A stretch of 64,000 nucleotides of DNA from Macrostomum lignano. Its lineage: Eukaryota. The DNA lies in NCBI GenBank assembly GCA_002269645.1, contig NIVC01000511.1, forward strand, positions 94,023 through 158,022. The letters are read 5' to 3'. The position numbers were made by a program, and so were the translations under genes. Under the pieces are notes generated by a model. The model saw nothing but the letters and a program-made list of their open reading frames with translations. It ran no database searches and was not told the origin of the DNA. This document shows, one piece after another, positions 1 to 11,025 of this stretch (positions are counted from its first letter, which is position 1; the number at the start of each line of letters is the position of its first letter).

Positions 1-492
1 CAAATCAGATTAGTGCCATTTTTGTGGCGAATGTTCGAATCTGCCCTGAAGCAAAGCAAAACAAGCAAACCTCGATTGTCCATCAATCATGAGCTTATCA
101 AGAATCCTTATTTTGAGAAGCATGAAATGCATGAAAAAGCGAAAAGCGAGCAGCTGAGAAAGGCCAGGCTTAGCAGAGCAAATGCAACATGAGCAGAAGA
201 AGATAATTTTTGCCATGGCTTATCCAGAAAACAGATATCTCCGGACAGAACAACGGACGGAGTCTGTCGGGCAATTACTCTGCCCAAGTCCCCGGAGCAG
301 GATATCAGAAAAAGCAACGCTTCTGGGGCAGCGTATTCTAACTCACGGTTTACTGTAGGCCCAATATCATTACGCATTCTAACTTGCTACATGTGAAGCT
401 GTTCGTGAAATCATATGCATATTGTGAAGCTATAGGTTGATCCGCTTTGAGCTGTGCTGATAAGTAGCCTCCAATGCCCCTTCCATTCGCAG

Positions 493-3400
493 GAAACGGA
501 TTCATTGAGGGCCAAGAGCTGACGAGTTCCTGCGCGAGTTCATCTCGTCAGTGGTAACGGAGGACATCGGACCAGAGGTGAGACTTACCTGGTCTCTCCA
601 AAGCGTTTTAGTCAATATGTTTTTTTTGCGTCTTTCAACGTGATTTGTTTTCTTTCTTCCTTTATCACCTCGGCCTTGTAAAAGGGCGGATCGCATCGAG
701 GATCACGTGCAGACACAACTCGGATTCGACTATTAACACTGCTTTTTCTTTTAACCTACGCACTTTTCTCTGATTTAAAAGGCGGATACAAGCAGCGTGT
801 TGTCCATGCTCAACCATGCGTATTGAAATACGCTCAGTGCAGACGCGACGCCACTTGTCCGCAGGTCATCTCCGAGACCGCTCTAGCGGCCATGAAGCGA
901 GACTTTATGGACGCTTTCGACGAGAACTACGATGGAAAGATTGAAATCGGCGAGGTAAGATTTGCTTTTCTCTGACTCAACATTAGCCATAAAGCATTGA
1001 CTTTGATGTCATTCTTATTTATGATGATGATGTTGAGCAACAAATTCGTGATGCAGCTGACTTTTCCGACAGGCAGCCCGCATGCCTTCTAGTGGAAAAT
1101 ATAGAAGGAAAAATGGTCCACAGCCCTCATTTTCTTCTACTTTGCTATTCCATGCTGACAGTCTGGCCACTGACCGCTCATTGCAGCTCTCGCAGATCCT
1201 GCCAACTGAGGAGAATTTCCTGCTGCTGTTCCGCCGAAACAACCCTGTGGACTCGAGCGTGGAGTTCATGCGGGTAAGAGAGGCGAGGCCTGGGCGCTCT
1301 TCTCCATCAGGCTGCTCGCCAATGCACTTGTTGCAGGTCACTTCTAATAGTTTCTCTAAACAGCCTGTCTACCTAGAAGCCTAGAAGTCCTACTATTTAT
1401 TCACTGACTATTCAGTTTAGCTTCTAATAAAAAATACTTCAGAATTTGCTGATGAGCCTACTAAAATAATGCTTTCACGTGTGGGATTATGTGACTGCTT
1501 CAAGGACGGCTCAAGTAGAAGGGCGGGAAAATTCATTTCTTAGAAAATTATCGAAAATACACATCAAGATAGAATAGGTCTGTCATCTTTGTGAATAGAA
1601 AGAAAGAACTCATATTTCGCTAGTATATTAATTCGCGTAAGTCAGCCTTCAAATATTTCCAAGAAAAAAATATCCCAGTCCATATGCTTTAGTCGTCTTT
1701 GACCTGCATTTGTGTGCGCTCTCAGAGGCCAGCGGAATGGGTTTAACTGTCGACTTAGCAAGCGCTAGAAATCCCCGACTACGGCTAACTGGATGCAGCT
1801 AAAAGATGAGAAGTGTCAGTTCTCGTCCCACAGGGGGCATCAAAAACACGAAAAATCACAACCCCAAAAAGCGCTTTCCATCACAAAACCGAAATATCAT
1901 GAAGCCGAACTACCATAACTCTGAAAGTTCTAACAATGTCCCCAACGCTATTATGGTTTTCGGGTTGATGATGTGCGTTGCTAGCAAGTTCGGAGTTATG
2001 ATATTTCGGGTTTATGATGGGAAGTGTTTGTGATTTTTCGGGTTTTTGATGGCCCACTCCGCTGACTCCTGAGCACACTACTGTACTCAGACACGCACTC
2101 ACACACACGCTCACACAGGGTGTACCAGTGGCTCTGACTTTCTAATCATCGGGCATGTACACTCTCTGTGCCTTGGGGGTTGGTCCCCATGACTGTGAAT
2201 CAGGACAAGCCCCCCCGACAATTTTCGTGCTCAAAAGCCCCAAATCATGCAGCTGAGCACGGAATCGAACAATGGTGGAGGTGCGAGAGTCGGACGCGCT
2301 CACTGCTGCCTGCCTCGGCAAAGCTATAAAGAACTCTATCAGTATAGCGATATGAATAGCAGCGAAGCGACAACGCGCCTCAAACAGACTCAAATCTGTT
2401 TACCATTTTTGTTGGCTTGCGTGACACTTTCTGGAAAAGGATGCGCCTGATTAAACACACTGATAAACACACCATACTGATGAAGCGGCATGCACAACTA
2501 AAGTATAGAAGTACGCTGCAACTCAAAAATCATCGTGAAAAACTTTGACTGGAGGCCAGTTTTTGCTACAAAACCTGTGCGAGTGAGGTTTCGCTCACAG
2601 GCCACGACTCCAGAATTCCTTCTTGTTCAAGCCGCCTCAGAAGGCCCTCGTGATTTATGAAAATAGCTCCCGAAAAAGGTATTTACTTAACCTCCAGAAA
2701 CACTAATGTTGCGTTCATCATGGCTTATTATTTTTGTAGGAAGTCTCAATTTTTAATTGTCTTTGACCTGGTCTCATACATCGGGACTCAAAAAAGCCAA
2801 TTGTATGATATATCGGGCCTGAAAATGAGGCCTATTATATGGACCATATTCTCTCTGTATATGGTCCATAGTCGTAAAACATAGCTAAACATCTCGAGTG
2901 AAAATCGGGAGTAAGTACGAATAGGAATAGAGACAGCCGGAATAGTCATAGTAATTGGGTCATAGCAACAAGCCAGCGAAAAATCACTCCCAAGAAATGG
3001 TGACAGTCTCATCATTAGCGACGATATTCATATTCTCGGAAGAGCCAGCCACTTCCCTAGAGACTGCATCGGTCGTTAAAGAAGTGGAAGCGCCTGTCGG
3101 CTCGTCATCAGTGTTTTGAATAGCCGCTGTGCGCTGAAGTGTCCCAGAAATCTGTAGATGGTCACGTGTGTCAAGCGATATGTACCTCTCACTGCTAGAG
3201 TGACCTGATGCAGCGTGGTGGCGTATGTTTTTCGGAGCGATTGGTTTGTAAACCTACTGCAGAATTCTCGTGGCTGGCCAGCCGTCAGCGATTTGACAAC
3301 TCCGTCCAGTGTGTGACGACCTAGCGGAACATTTTGGTACCACTTGCTAACTTGGACGCTCGATCGTATCATAACGACGTAGCCCAGAAACAGATTTGTC

Positions 3401-6400
3401 ACACTGCATGCATCAGGTCCTTTAGCATCGTAGGCTTTGTACGAACAGGGCAAGCAACGCAAGTGATCAGGCGCGTGATACGCACGCATCTCGCGAGGAG
3501 AACCACGCTTGAGCTTCAGACCTCGATTCTTCGTCTTGTTGGCCCTTTGTTCCCTAAACAACAGACACTCGCCTTGCACATCGGAGCATACAAAGATGTC
3601 CTTGTTGTGCTCCAGAGCATGCAGTTTGGTCTCGCCATGGAGCGCGAAATGCTTTCCGATGTAGAAAATGACGTTCAAATAGCAACTGCTTCAGTGTCTC
3701 CTGCTCAAGAGCGCCGCTCTGCCACAGTTCAGCAAACACCGGCTTTCAGTCAACTTCGCACAATCGTCCCTATATTTGTGTTGTTCATGAGCAACACTAC
3801 CATACGAGGAATCTGCGAATTTAGACGCCTAGCTATATCTGTAGTCTGACAGGAAGAGGGAGGTCTAGCAAAAAACTGTCTTTCAAATGAATAGCTACAT
3901 AAACATGGCTTTTGAATTGCCTATTCATTATCTTGTGCGGCAGCCATGCTTGAAGGCACTCGATTTAAAGTACTTTCGGCAATAAGTCGAGAGTATTGAT
4001 TAACAACTCTGCTTCCAACTAAAAGAAATATTCCTGGGTTTTCAACCGCCTCTTTCTTCAAATTCAATTCACTCGAATTTACAAAAAAGTTTCAAAATTT
4101 TCAAAATTCTACCCATGCTTCAATTTGGCTCTGCTTATGATTAGATTAGGAATTTGGAAAGTTTCAGCGCAGAGAAGTCTGTGCGAAGTTGACTGCTGTT
4201 GGCGGGGGGGGGGGGAAAGTCTGGCCACTTTTATTGTATCCAATTTCACAAACTTTTCAGATTTGGAGGCAGTTCGACAAGGACCACTCGGGCTATATTG
4301 AGGCTGATGAACTTCGTGTAAGCGTATGGAAAACTCCGTTATAAGTCAATCAACTATTTGCCTTTTGCTGTGTCTATATTTCCTAAATGTTCACTTTTCT
4401 GCGGTTACTTTTGCTAACACTGTCTTTCTTGCAGGACTTTCTCAAGCACATTCTCGACTGCGCCGATCGTTGCGTCAGCGAGGACAAACTCCTGGAGTAC
4501 ACCAGCACTATGGTATGAGACTTTTTAATTCAATCACTTTTTTCTGCGAAACTGTGCGCGTTTCTCTCTCTCGCCCGGCCTTATCCCGTTCACCTCTCAT
4601 TCCTGTGCCTTCACCCCGGGCTGTACATAGCGAGTTAGCGAATGTACGTCGTGCGCTTTCCTCTCTACCCCGTGTCTGTCACCCCGGGCTGTACAGAGCG
4701 AGTTAGCGAATGTACATCGTGCGCTTTCCACTCTACCCGTGTCCCTTCTCGTCCGCCTCTCTGCCCTGTGCCTGCCACCCCAGGATGTACTTAGTGTGTG
4801 TGATTTTACATCGTGCCTTTCTCTCTCCTCGTGGCTTCTCAATTCCGCCTTCGGCACCTCTTTCGCTTGTCGGTTAAATTTTTCACAAGCTGTAGTTCCA
4901 TTTTTTTCTAAAATACCATCTGGTAAATTTGACTGTTTTGCGTAACTTTACGCGTATGGTGCTGAAAACTCCATAAACTCAAGAATCATATGCACACGTT
5001 GGAATGCATTGCAACTGGATTCCATGGAATATTACAGATGTTATGAGACAGAGGTGGCGATAATAAATATGTGTGAAAGTTGAATTGCTTCAGGTAAAGA
5101 GACAGAAGGGGAGAAAGAATTACATGTGAAGGGATTGCAGGGATCAGATTAGCAGTAAGGCAGAGATGAGGATTCGGGCTGACGTGAGACGAAGCATCCG
5201 CAGCGATGCATTCTGTGCGTGCTCGCGCCTTCCCGCGCCGAGTTTCCTGATGAAGCCTCACCCTTAAAGTCTTGCCGAAGCCACACACAGCTTCATTAGT
5301 TCCCCTTCCCTACACAGTCGGCAGCGATTAGCATGGGCGTGAACTATCTATGTATTCCTTCCCAGTCGGGAAGTGGGCTTAAAATGTGGTCGATATGATA
5401 CCCCATTTTACAAGCTCATTGTGCGCTTTGGTCGGATCCCCTTTCTGAGTCATTTCTGATGAAGCTCTCAGGCATCTGATGTCCATTTCAGCTGCAGTGT
5501 TTGATCAGAATCGCGACGGCAAACTGCAGCTTAGCGAGATGGCCAAGTGAGTAGCCTGCAGTTGACTAATTAGTGCTCAAACTAGCTGGCAATATTATGC
5601 AAAATTGTAACTTGACTCCTGCAGGCTTTTGCCAGTGAAAGAGAACTACCTATGCCGACCGATTTTCAAGGTATGACGCTGCGAGTTTAACTCGTTAAGC
5701 CCTCCCAACTTTTATGTAAGAGCACGCCGACGTTCTTGGAAAACGAATTTCAGAATGCCAACCGCATCAACAGCAATGACATTGATCGCGTGTTCAACTT
5801 GTACGACAGGGTGAGCGGAAGTCTTTGCTGGACAGCTTGACAGGCCAAAACAGTCTCTCGGGCAGTAACTGTTACAGCAAAAATTAATTTTAGGATAAAA
5901 ACGGCTGCATTGAAAATGAGGAGCTGCAAGGGTTCCTGAAGGATTTGCTGGAGTTGGCCCAAGAGGTAAGTGAGCCAGTGCGCGAGCGGCTTATGTTAAA
6001 AATAAATTTATAGAAGCTTCGAAGGGGCATCTAGGGTTTGTAGCAGGTTTTTATACCCCTATTAGTACGCCGTTGGGTATAAGTCAGTCGATTTTGGGTA
6101 TTAATTTTCTCATCGATATCGATCATATCGATGTATCCCAGTGGTCTGGCGCGGCGCTCTCACGTGCCAACGGCCCAGGCTCAATTCCAAGTGCAGTCAC
6201 ATTAATTTGGGCTTGGCTTTGCACGTGCAATTAACGGCCTTGAGGGCCAACCCCCAGGGCACAGTGAAGTGTACATGCCTAACGATAAATAAGTTAGGGC
6301 CGCTGTGCACTCCTGTGTGAGTGTGTAAGCTGTGAGCTGGGGTTGTAGCCTAGTGGTTAGAGCGTCGGACTCACGACTTGAAGGCCGGGGGTTCGATTCC

Positions 6401-6969
6401 CGATCCTACTCGAAAAAATTGTGTCCTTGAGCAAGACACTTAACTCTGCATTGCTTCAGTTCACCCAGTTGTAAAATGAGTGCCAGCATTAGTTGGGGTA
6501 ATTGAGGGTGTGTGGTGACCCCCCAGTCCTCGGACTGAACAGCCATACGCAGCCTTCAGATGCGCCGCACAATGGCTGCGGCTGAGCTGACGGTTGCACA
6601 TCTGCCTATTAGGGCAGGTGTAATCAATTATTATTTTTATTATGTGAGTGTGTGCCTGTGCGTATGACTGCGTACGTATCCGCGCGCTTGTGTGCCTGCT
6701 CAGGTGAGTCGGCGGAATCGGCAGTACTGCCTCTCGCCGGTTGTGAGACAATGCTAAACCTCTGGAGCAAATTGCTGCTAGATTAAACAACTAATGACTA
6801 TATACTCGTATACTTCGATTCGCAGGACTATGACGCTCAGGACATGCTGTTCTTCAAGAAAGTCATCCTTGATCAGTGGGACGTCAATCACGACGGCAAG
6901 ATCAGCAAGGACGAACTGAAAATGATACTGCTGCAGCAGAGCCGCCTGGCCAGTCAGATGGGCCTTTGA
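493..6969 (+). CDS. Cbp53E: Calbindin/calretinin-family hexa-EF-hand Ca-binding protein (Drosophila Cbp53E-like); 5' exon(s) not found in window; two 1-bp frameshifts in this sequence
   Basis: Ten GT-AG exons: 493-577, 865-954, 1187-1273, 4261-4317, 4435-4512, 5492-5546, 5625-5670, 5754-5810, 5894-5965, 6826-6969 (TGA). They give GNGFIEGQEL(D)EFLREFISSV, MDAFDENYDGKIEIGE, LPTEENFLLLFR..NPVDSSVEFMR, IWRQFDKDHSGYIEADELR, LQLSEMAKLLPVKENYLCR, VFNLYDRDKNGCIENEELQGFLKDLLEL, DGKISKDELKMIL, which is colinear with the Cbp53E/calbindin family. Exons 493-577 and 5492-5546 each lack one G. Confidence 0.93.
1838..2051. mobile_element. Short foldback/MITE-like imperfect inverted repeat
   Basis: Left arm catcaaaaacacgaaaaatcaca...ccatcacaaaaccgaaatatcatgaagccgaact matches the reverse complement of right arm agttcggagttatgatatttcgggtttatgatggg...tgtgatttttcgggtttttgatg. 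No clean TSD seen. Confidence 0.55.
2052..2315 (-). mobile_element. tRNA-derived SINE, family B
   Basis: Minus strand has a B-box-like GTTCGATTCC head. The body (ggaccaacccccaaggcacagagagtgtacatgcc...ctgtgtgag) is homologous to the + strand copy at 6240-6330 and 6690-6720. Confidence 0.6.
3076..3900 (-). mobile_element. Degenerate Crypton-type tyrosine recombinase transposon (DUF3504-like) in calbindin intron
   Basis: ORF 3076-3678 has FYIGKHFALHGE, FREQRANKTKNRGL, RCLPCSYKAYDAK, KWYQNVPLGRHTLDGVVK, RFTNQSLRKTYATTL, the motif order of Crypton/ZMYM/KCTD1 YR domains. The frameshifted upstream part reads LWQSGALEQETLKQLL. Confidence 0.8.
4611..4820. repeat. 68-bp tandem duplication (2 copies plus a degenerate third)
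   Basis: tcaccccgggctgtaca(t/g)agcgagttagcgaatgtac at 4611 and 4679. Confidence 0.6.
6136..6780 (+). mobile_element. tRNA-derived SINE family B, interrupted by a CORE-SINE
   Basis: Segments 6240-6330 and 6690-6720 match the minus-strand copy at 2052-2315, where they are contiguous. Confidence 0.5.
6339..6643 (+). mobile_element. tRNA-derived CORE-SINE (family A)
   Basis: Head has A box TAGCCTAGTGG and B box GTTCGATTCC. It is followed by CORE-like gtgtccttgagcaagacacttaactc...cagttcacccagttgtaaaatg and a (TTA)n tail, flanked by TGTGAG. A second copy lies at 30526. Confidence 0.85.
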
Positions 6970-7479
6970 GTGAATTGCAGGCACTTTTTTAGTTGTGATG
7001 CACGATTTAATCCAGCTCAATCCAGTGGTCATCGAACACTGCGCTGACTGGCACTGTCATTGTACAGCATCAGAAATAATGTAGCTAATGGCCCGCTTAG
7101 CAAAATAGAAAGTAATCGCTTTCAGAAGCAGAAAATGTAGGGGAAAACTATACTATTGTCTCAGATATTATTTGATACAACGCCTGAGACTCGGAGAAGC
7201 ATAAAAAAGCTGTATTGAACGTCCTATCAAATTGTTCTGTAATATTAAATACTTGCTTGATTTACACAATTCGTGTTTCACCAGAAGAGTTGAAGCTTAG
7301 TAAACTCGTTACTAATTTGCTAATACAAAGTCAGGGTGGCATGCATGAGCACGCATTCTCATAAGCGCGCTGAAGTTTTTCAGCTCCTCGCATAAGAGCT
7401 CACAGTTATTAGCGCGAATGCTCAGGCTATTCTCAGGCTAATTTTTTTTCACAAACGCGCAAACTTGTCAGTCGGGGAA

Positions 7480-9270
7480 AGGTCACTGGCCACTGATGAG
7501 TTCGCGTCGCCAAGGTCGAGGAGGTGAGCGCGACGGACAGGGTCTTCCCGAGGGCAGTGATAGAGGAGGTGGTGCTCGGGTGTCCTCCTCGTCGCAGTCC
7601 GAGCACAGGGGTTTCAGCGATTCTTCCTGGGCCTCATGGACTTTGCTGCAGGTCTTCCCCTTCTTCACGCCTCGTTCCAGAAGGGGGCGCGGCGGCCGGC
7701 GCAGCTGCCCCTCGGGATGGCACCCTGGACCGCCTTTAGGATGACGGAGCTGCCTCGTCCGGGGTCGTGAGCTAGCACTTCTAAAGCTGAGATCTGAAGG
7801 TGGCCCAGTCGGCTTTTCGGTAGTTCCAGCGAGTCGGGCCCCTCCATCTCTGCTGGTGGGGGGCCGAGATGTGAAAGCTGATCGGAAGTTGATCGCTCTC
7901 GCAGTCCCGCTCGACTCTCGGCTCTGAATAGGCGACAGACGCAGGTGATATCTGGCGCACTTTGCTTGCCTGTGGCCGGGCAGGTTCTCGTGTGGGCTAG
8001 GGAGTTGTAGATGGCTAGGCCGGCTCTAGCCGCCCATTCCTTAATGTGTCTTACCCCTGTCTGTCCTCGTCAATGTGCGAGTTCCAAGAGCCGTGGGCGT
8101 TGAAATCTCCGCCGATGATGGCGCTGTTCCGGGCACTGCGCTGGGCGCTGATAGGTAGGATGTAAACAGAATAAGTAGATCGCGGCTCTGTCGGTGCCGT
8201 CACTCGACAGGCCGCAGTCCACGGTGCTATAGCAGATATCATTTCTAACGAGCACTATGGATCCCCCCGGCCCGTGATTTTTTGTTTTTTGAGGATTCGA
8301 GGGGCCGGGTTGGCTCCCAGTCTGTGGTTAGCCGCCGGGCTCGAATCGAGCTGCCACGCCTGCTACATTTGAGGCGGCTACGGTATCCACTGCACCAGTG
8401 GGCGCGGTAGTTGGGGACGCATCGCTTGCAGGTAGGTCCTGGATCCAGCTCAGGTTGGGAGGTGGGCTCGGGCCAGGCGGTATTGGTGGCAGTGATAGAT
8501 CTGGTCTCAGTTGGTGGGCGGCGATTGGCTGGATAGGATGCCGGTGAGCCGGGCCTGCAGGCTGCGGATGGAATCGTATGACATAGCACGGAGGTCGGCG
8601 GAATTTCTCGGATGGCCTGAGTTTAGTCTCTTGAGGGAGGACTGCCCCAGGACGCGCGGTTTCCAGCCGGGAGCTTAGTTTCGTATAGCGGCTACGGATG
8701 CCGTTGCATTTGAGCTGCAGGAACGGGAACTCTAGGCTCTGGGTGTCCCCAGGAGGCGGCATTCCGTGGCATGTGGTGTCCTTGGCTTTACCACCCCCAG
8801 GAGGCGGCATTCCGTGGCATGTGGTGTCCTTGGCTTTACCACCCCCAGGAGGCGGCATTCCGTGGCATGTGGTGTCCTTGGCTTTACCACCCCCAGGAGG
8901 CGGCATTCCGTGGCATGTGGTGTCCTTGGCTTTACCACCCCCAGGAGGCGGCATTCCGTGGCATGTGGTGTCCTTGGCTTTACCACCCCCAGGAGGCGCA
9001 GGACATGGTGGAGGTTCCCTGGCTCGGCGGGCGGCGTATCTCCGGAATGTCTGTGCTGGTGCGGACCATTGGTCGCTCCCAGGTCAGGGCATGGGTCCAG
9101 GGGCCCCCGGGGCTCCGACTGGTTGCTCATGTCAGTGTGAGTCCCTTCTTGGGGGTGTCCGCAGGCCCCCCCCCGCTGGCCACTGCTGCTGGCCCAGACG
9201 TGTGCATGCTCAAGCTCCAACTGGCTTCTTCTATCCATTCTCAAATGCTGCATCATCATACTGCTGAATA
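7480..9270 (-). mobile_element. Rearranged, internally deleted non-LTR retrotransposon (APE-type LINE)
   Basis: APE endonuclease motifs LQLKCNGIRS and PQETKL (8328-8954 ORF), GGSIVLVRNDI (~8270) and IIGGDFNAH (~8110). C-terminal CSDCDEEDT-(E)HHLLYHCP zinc knuckle at ~7540-7610. No RT domain lies between them. Confidence 0.8.
8748..8998. repeat. 48-bp tandem repeat, 5.2 perfect copies
   Basis: cccaggaggcggcattccgtggcatgtggtgtccttggctttaccacc starting at 8748, 8796, 8844, 8892, 8940. Confidence 0.95.
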
Positions 9271-10759
9271 ACTTAGTCTCAGTGGCCTATAGGCTCTTGT
9301 GACTGTGCGCTACAAAAAATAAGTAGCATTTTTCTAGAAGACTTCGTTATCAGGCATTGCTACTGTCAGTAGGGCTTCACAGTTATTATGAAGTTGTAAA
9401 AAGCTATCCGTAGAACTATTCTTAGACGAATAAACAAGTTAATCGCACTTACTTTATCAGCATGCCTGCATATTCGTTGTGGCTCGTTTCCGAGAGTAGA
9501 AAATTCACCTCAGCAGAAACTGTCTGCTTTTTTGCATAGTACGCTCGTAAGAAGACTTAACCAGTTCCTGATTTCCTCCCACCTTCCCGATTCTTCTCTC
9601 TCCTTAGATTAGGGGTGGGAGAGTCCGGTTTGATCGGATTATGTTATTTCATACCACAAGAACTGTCTGCCAGCTCTGCAGGGCACTCATGCTGACTGTC
9701 TCTCTTCCGGAGTCCCAAACCAGTCGCTTAACCTCAAGTCAAGCGATACTCCATGTACTGCTTGGTGTTTACCAATACTTCGGTAATTGGTTTGGTAACT
9801 GTGAAGTCAAGCAAGAGAAGGACATCGAGTACGTATTATAAAAATATATGACTATCAACGTGCGTTCCATAGAAGCTGCACTCTAATTACAGTAGGAATA
9901 CCAAGCCATTTTTCCGCCCGTCAAACTACCAAGGGGGGAATCCCCCCTTCCCCCAACAATGCTCCGGAACGCAGGCACAGGAAATTCAAGAACACGGGCT
10001 GACTTTTTGAGCTAACCTTCTCAATCAAGAATCAAGTCGCCAACCCTCCGGACCGTCGAGATATTCGAGGATTCTGCCAGAAAGTCCGATTTTTTTTCCA
10101 TAAGCGCCAGTGTATTTAGTACATCCCTGTGCGCCAATCAGCACTGTGCCTCAGTGCAGCCTTGCCAAGCCTCCAAAGTTCATCTGCGCGTTGACCACAT
10201 GTGCCTGCATCAGCTGACTTCATTGGTCACTGGCCTTCACCCAGACGGAGCTTCTGGACATTCAACAGGGCGCTCCAGGTGACTATAGACACTCTGATGC
10301 AAATTTCTTGAATTTCGCTGATCAAGCCTCGACAGTGGGCAAGCCTCAACTCCATGTTCATTCTCAGCTGAAAACATATTCTCAGGAATTCCCTCTATTG
10401 GTAGTTCTACTGATAAACCCCATCAGGTTGAAACTTCATAAGCTTTAACCTCACAAACTTTAAGCTTCATATCGTCGAAAAGTCAGTTACATTTATAAGC
10501 TAGAAAAACAAAAAAAAAAAGCGATTAGCCATAAAAAGTTCAATCATTGTTATAAATTGGCTTTACAAAACTGATTTGAAAATGAAATTTTCGGAGCGAG
10601 AGATTCCAGCAGAAATAACTCGCACTTCGGAAAGAGTAGTTTAAAAAGCAAATAGAAACTAGAAACTTCCTAATATTACTTCCAAAGATTGTGAAATTTC
10701 CTGTTCGTAAAAGTTTTTGACAGACATTTTTAGTTTTCGACGATGTGACGGTTCGAGCT

Positions 10760-11025
10760 AATGAAGTTTCGAGCTTGTGAAGTTTTGAGATTGTGAAGTT
10801 TCGAGCTTGTGAAGTTTTGAGATTGTGAAGTTTCGAGTTTGTGAAGTTTCAAGCTTGTGAAGTTTCGAGCTTGTGAAGTTTTGAGATTGTGAAGTTTCGA
10901 GCTTGTGAAGTTTTGAGATTGTGAAGTTTCGAGTTTGTGAAGTTTCAAGCTTGTGAAGTTTCGAGCTTGTGAAGATTCGAGCTTGTGAAGTTTCGAGCTT
11001 GTGAAAACTTTGTGCTTGTGAAACG
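10760..11025 (+). repeat. 16-bp minisatellite GAAGTTTCGAGCTTGT (dispersed family)
   Basis: About 16 units. The same family occurs at 30090-30500 and 59900-60360, and all end near cttgtgaaa(c/g)g. Confidence 0.9.

Noticed and set aside
80-360. hAT-like transposase fragment
   Set aside because: The resemblance (FEKHE..H, IFAMAY) is too weak, with stops and no termini visible.
5240-5470. Hammerhead ribozyme (CTGATGA at ~5248 and ~5455)
   Set aside because: No stem II followed by GAAA and no pairing stems could be found.
6339-6410. tRNA-Val(CAC)-like gene (also at 30526)
   Set aside because: The 3' acceptor stem is not completed and the sequence runs into a CORE domain and TTA tail, so it is a SINE head.
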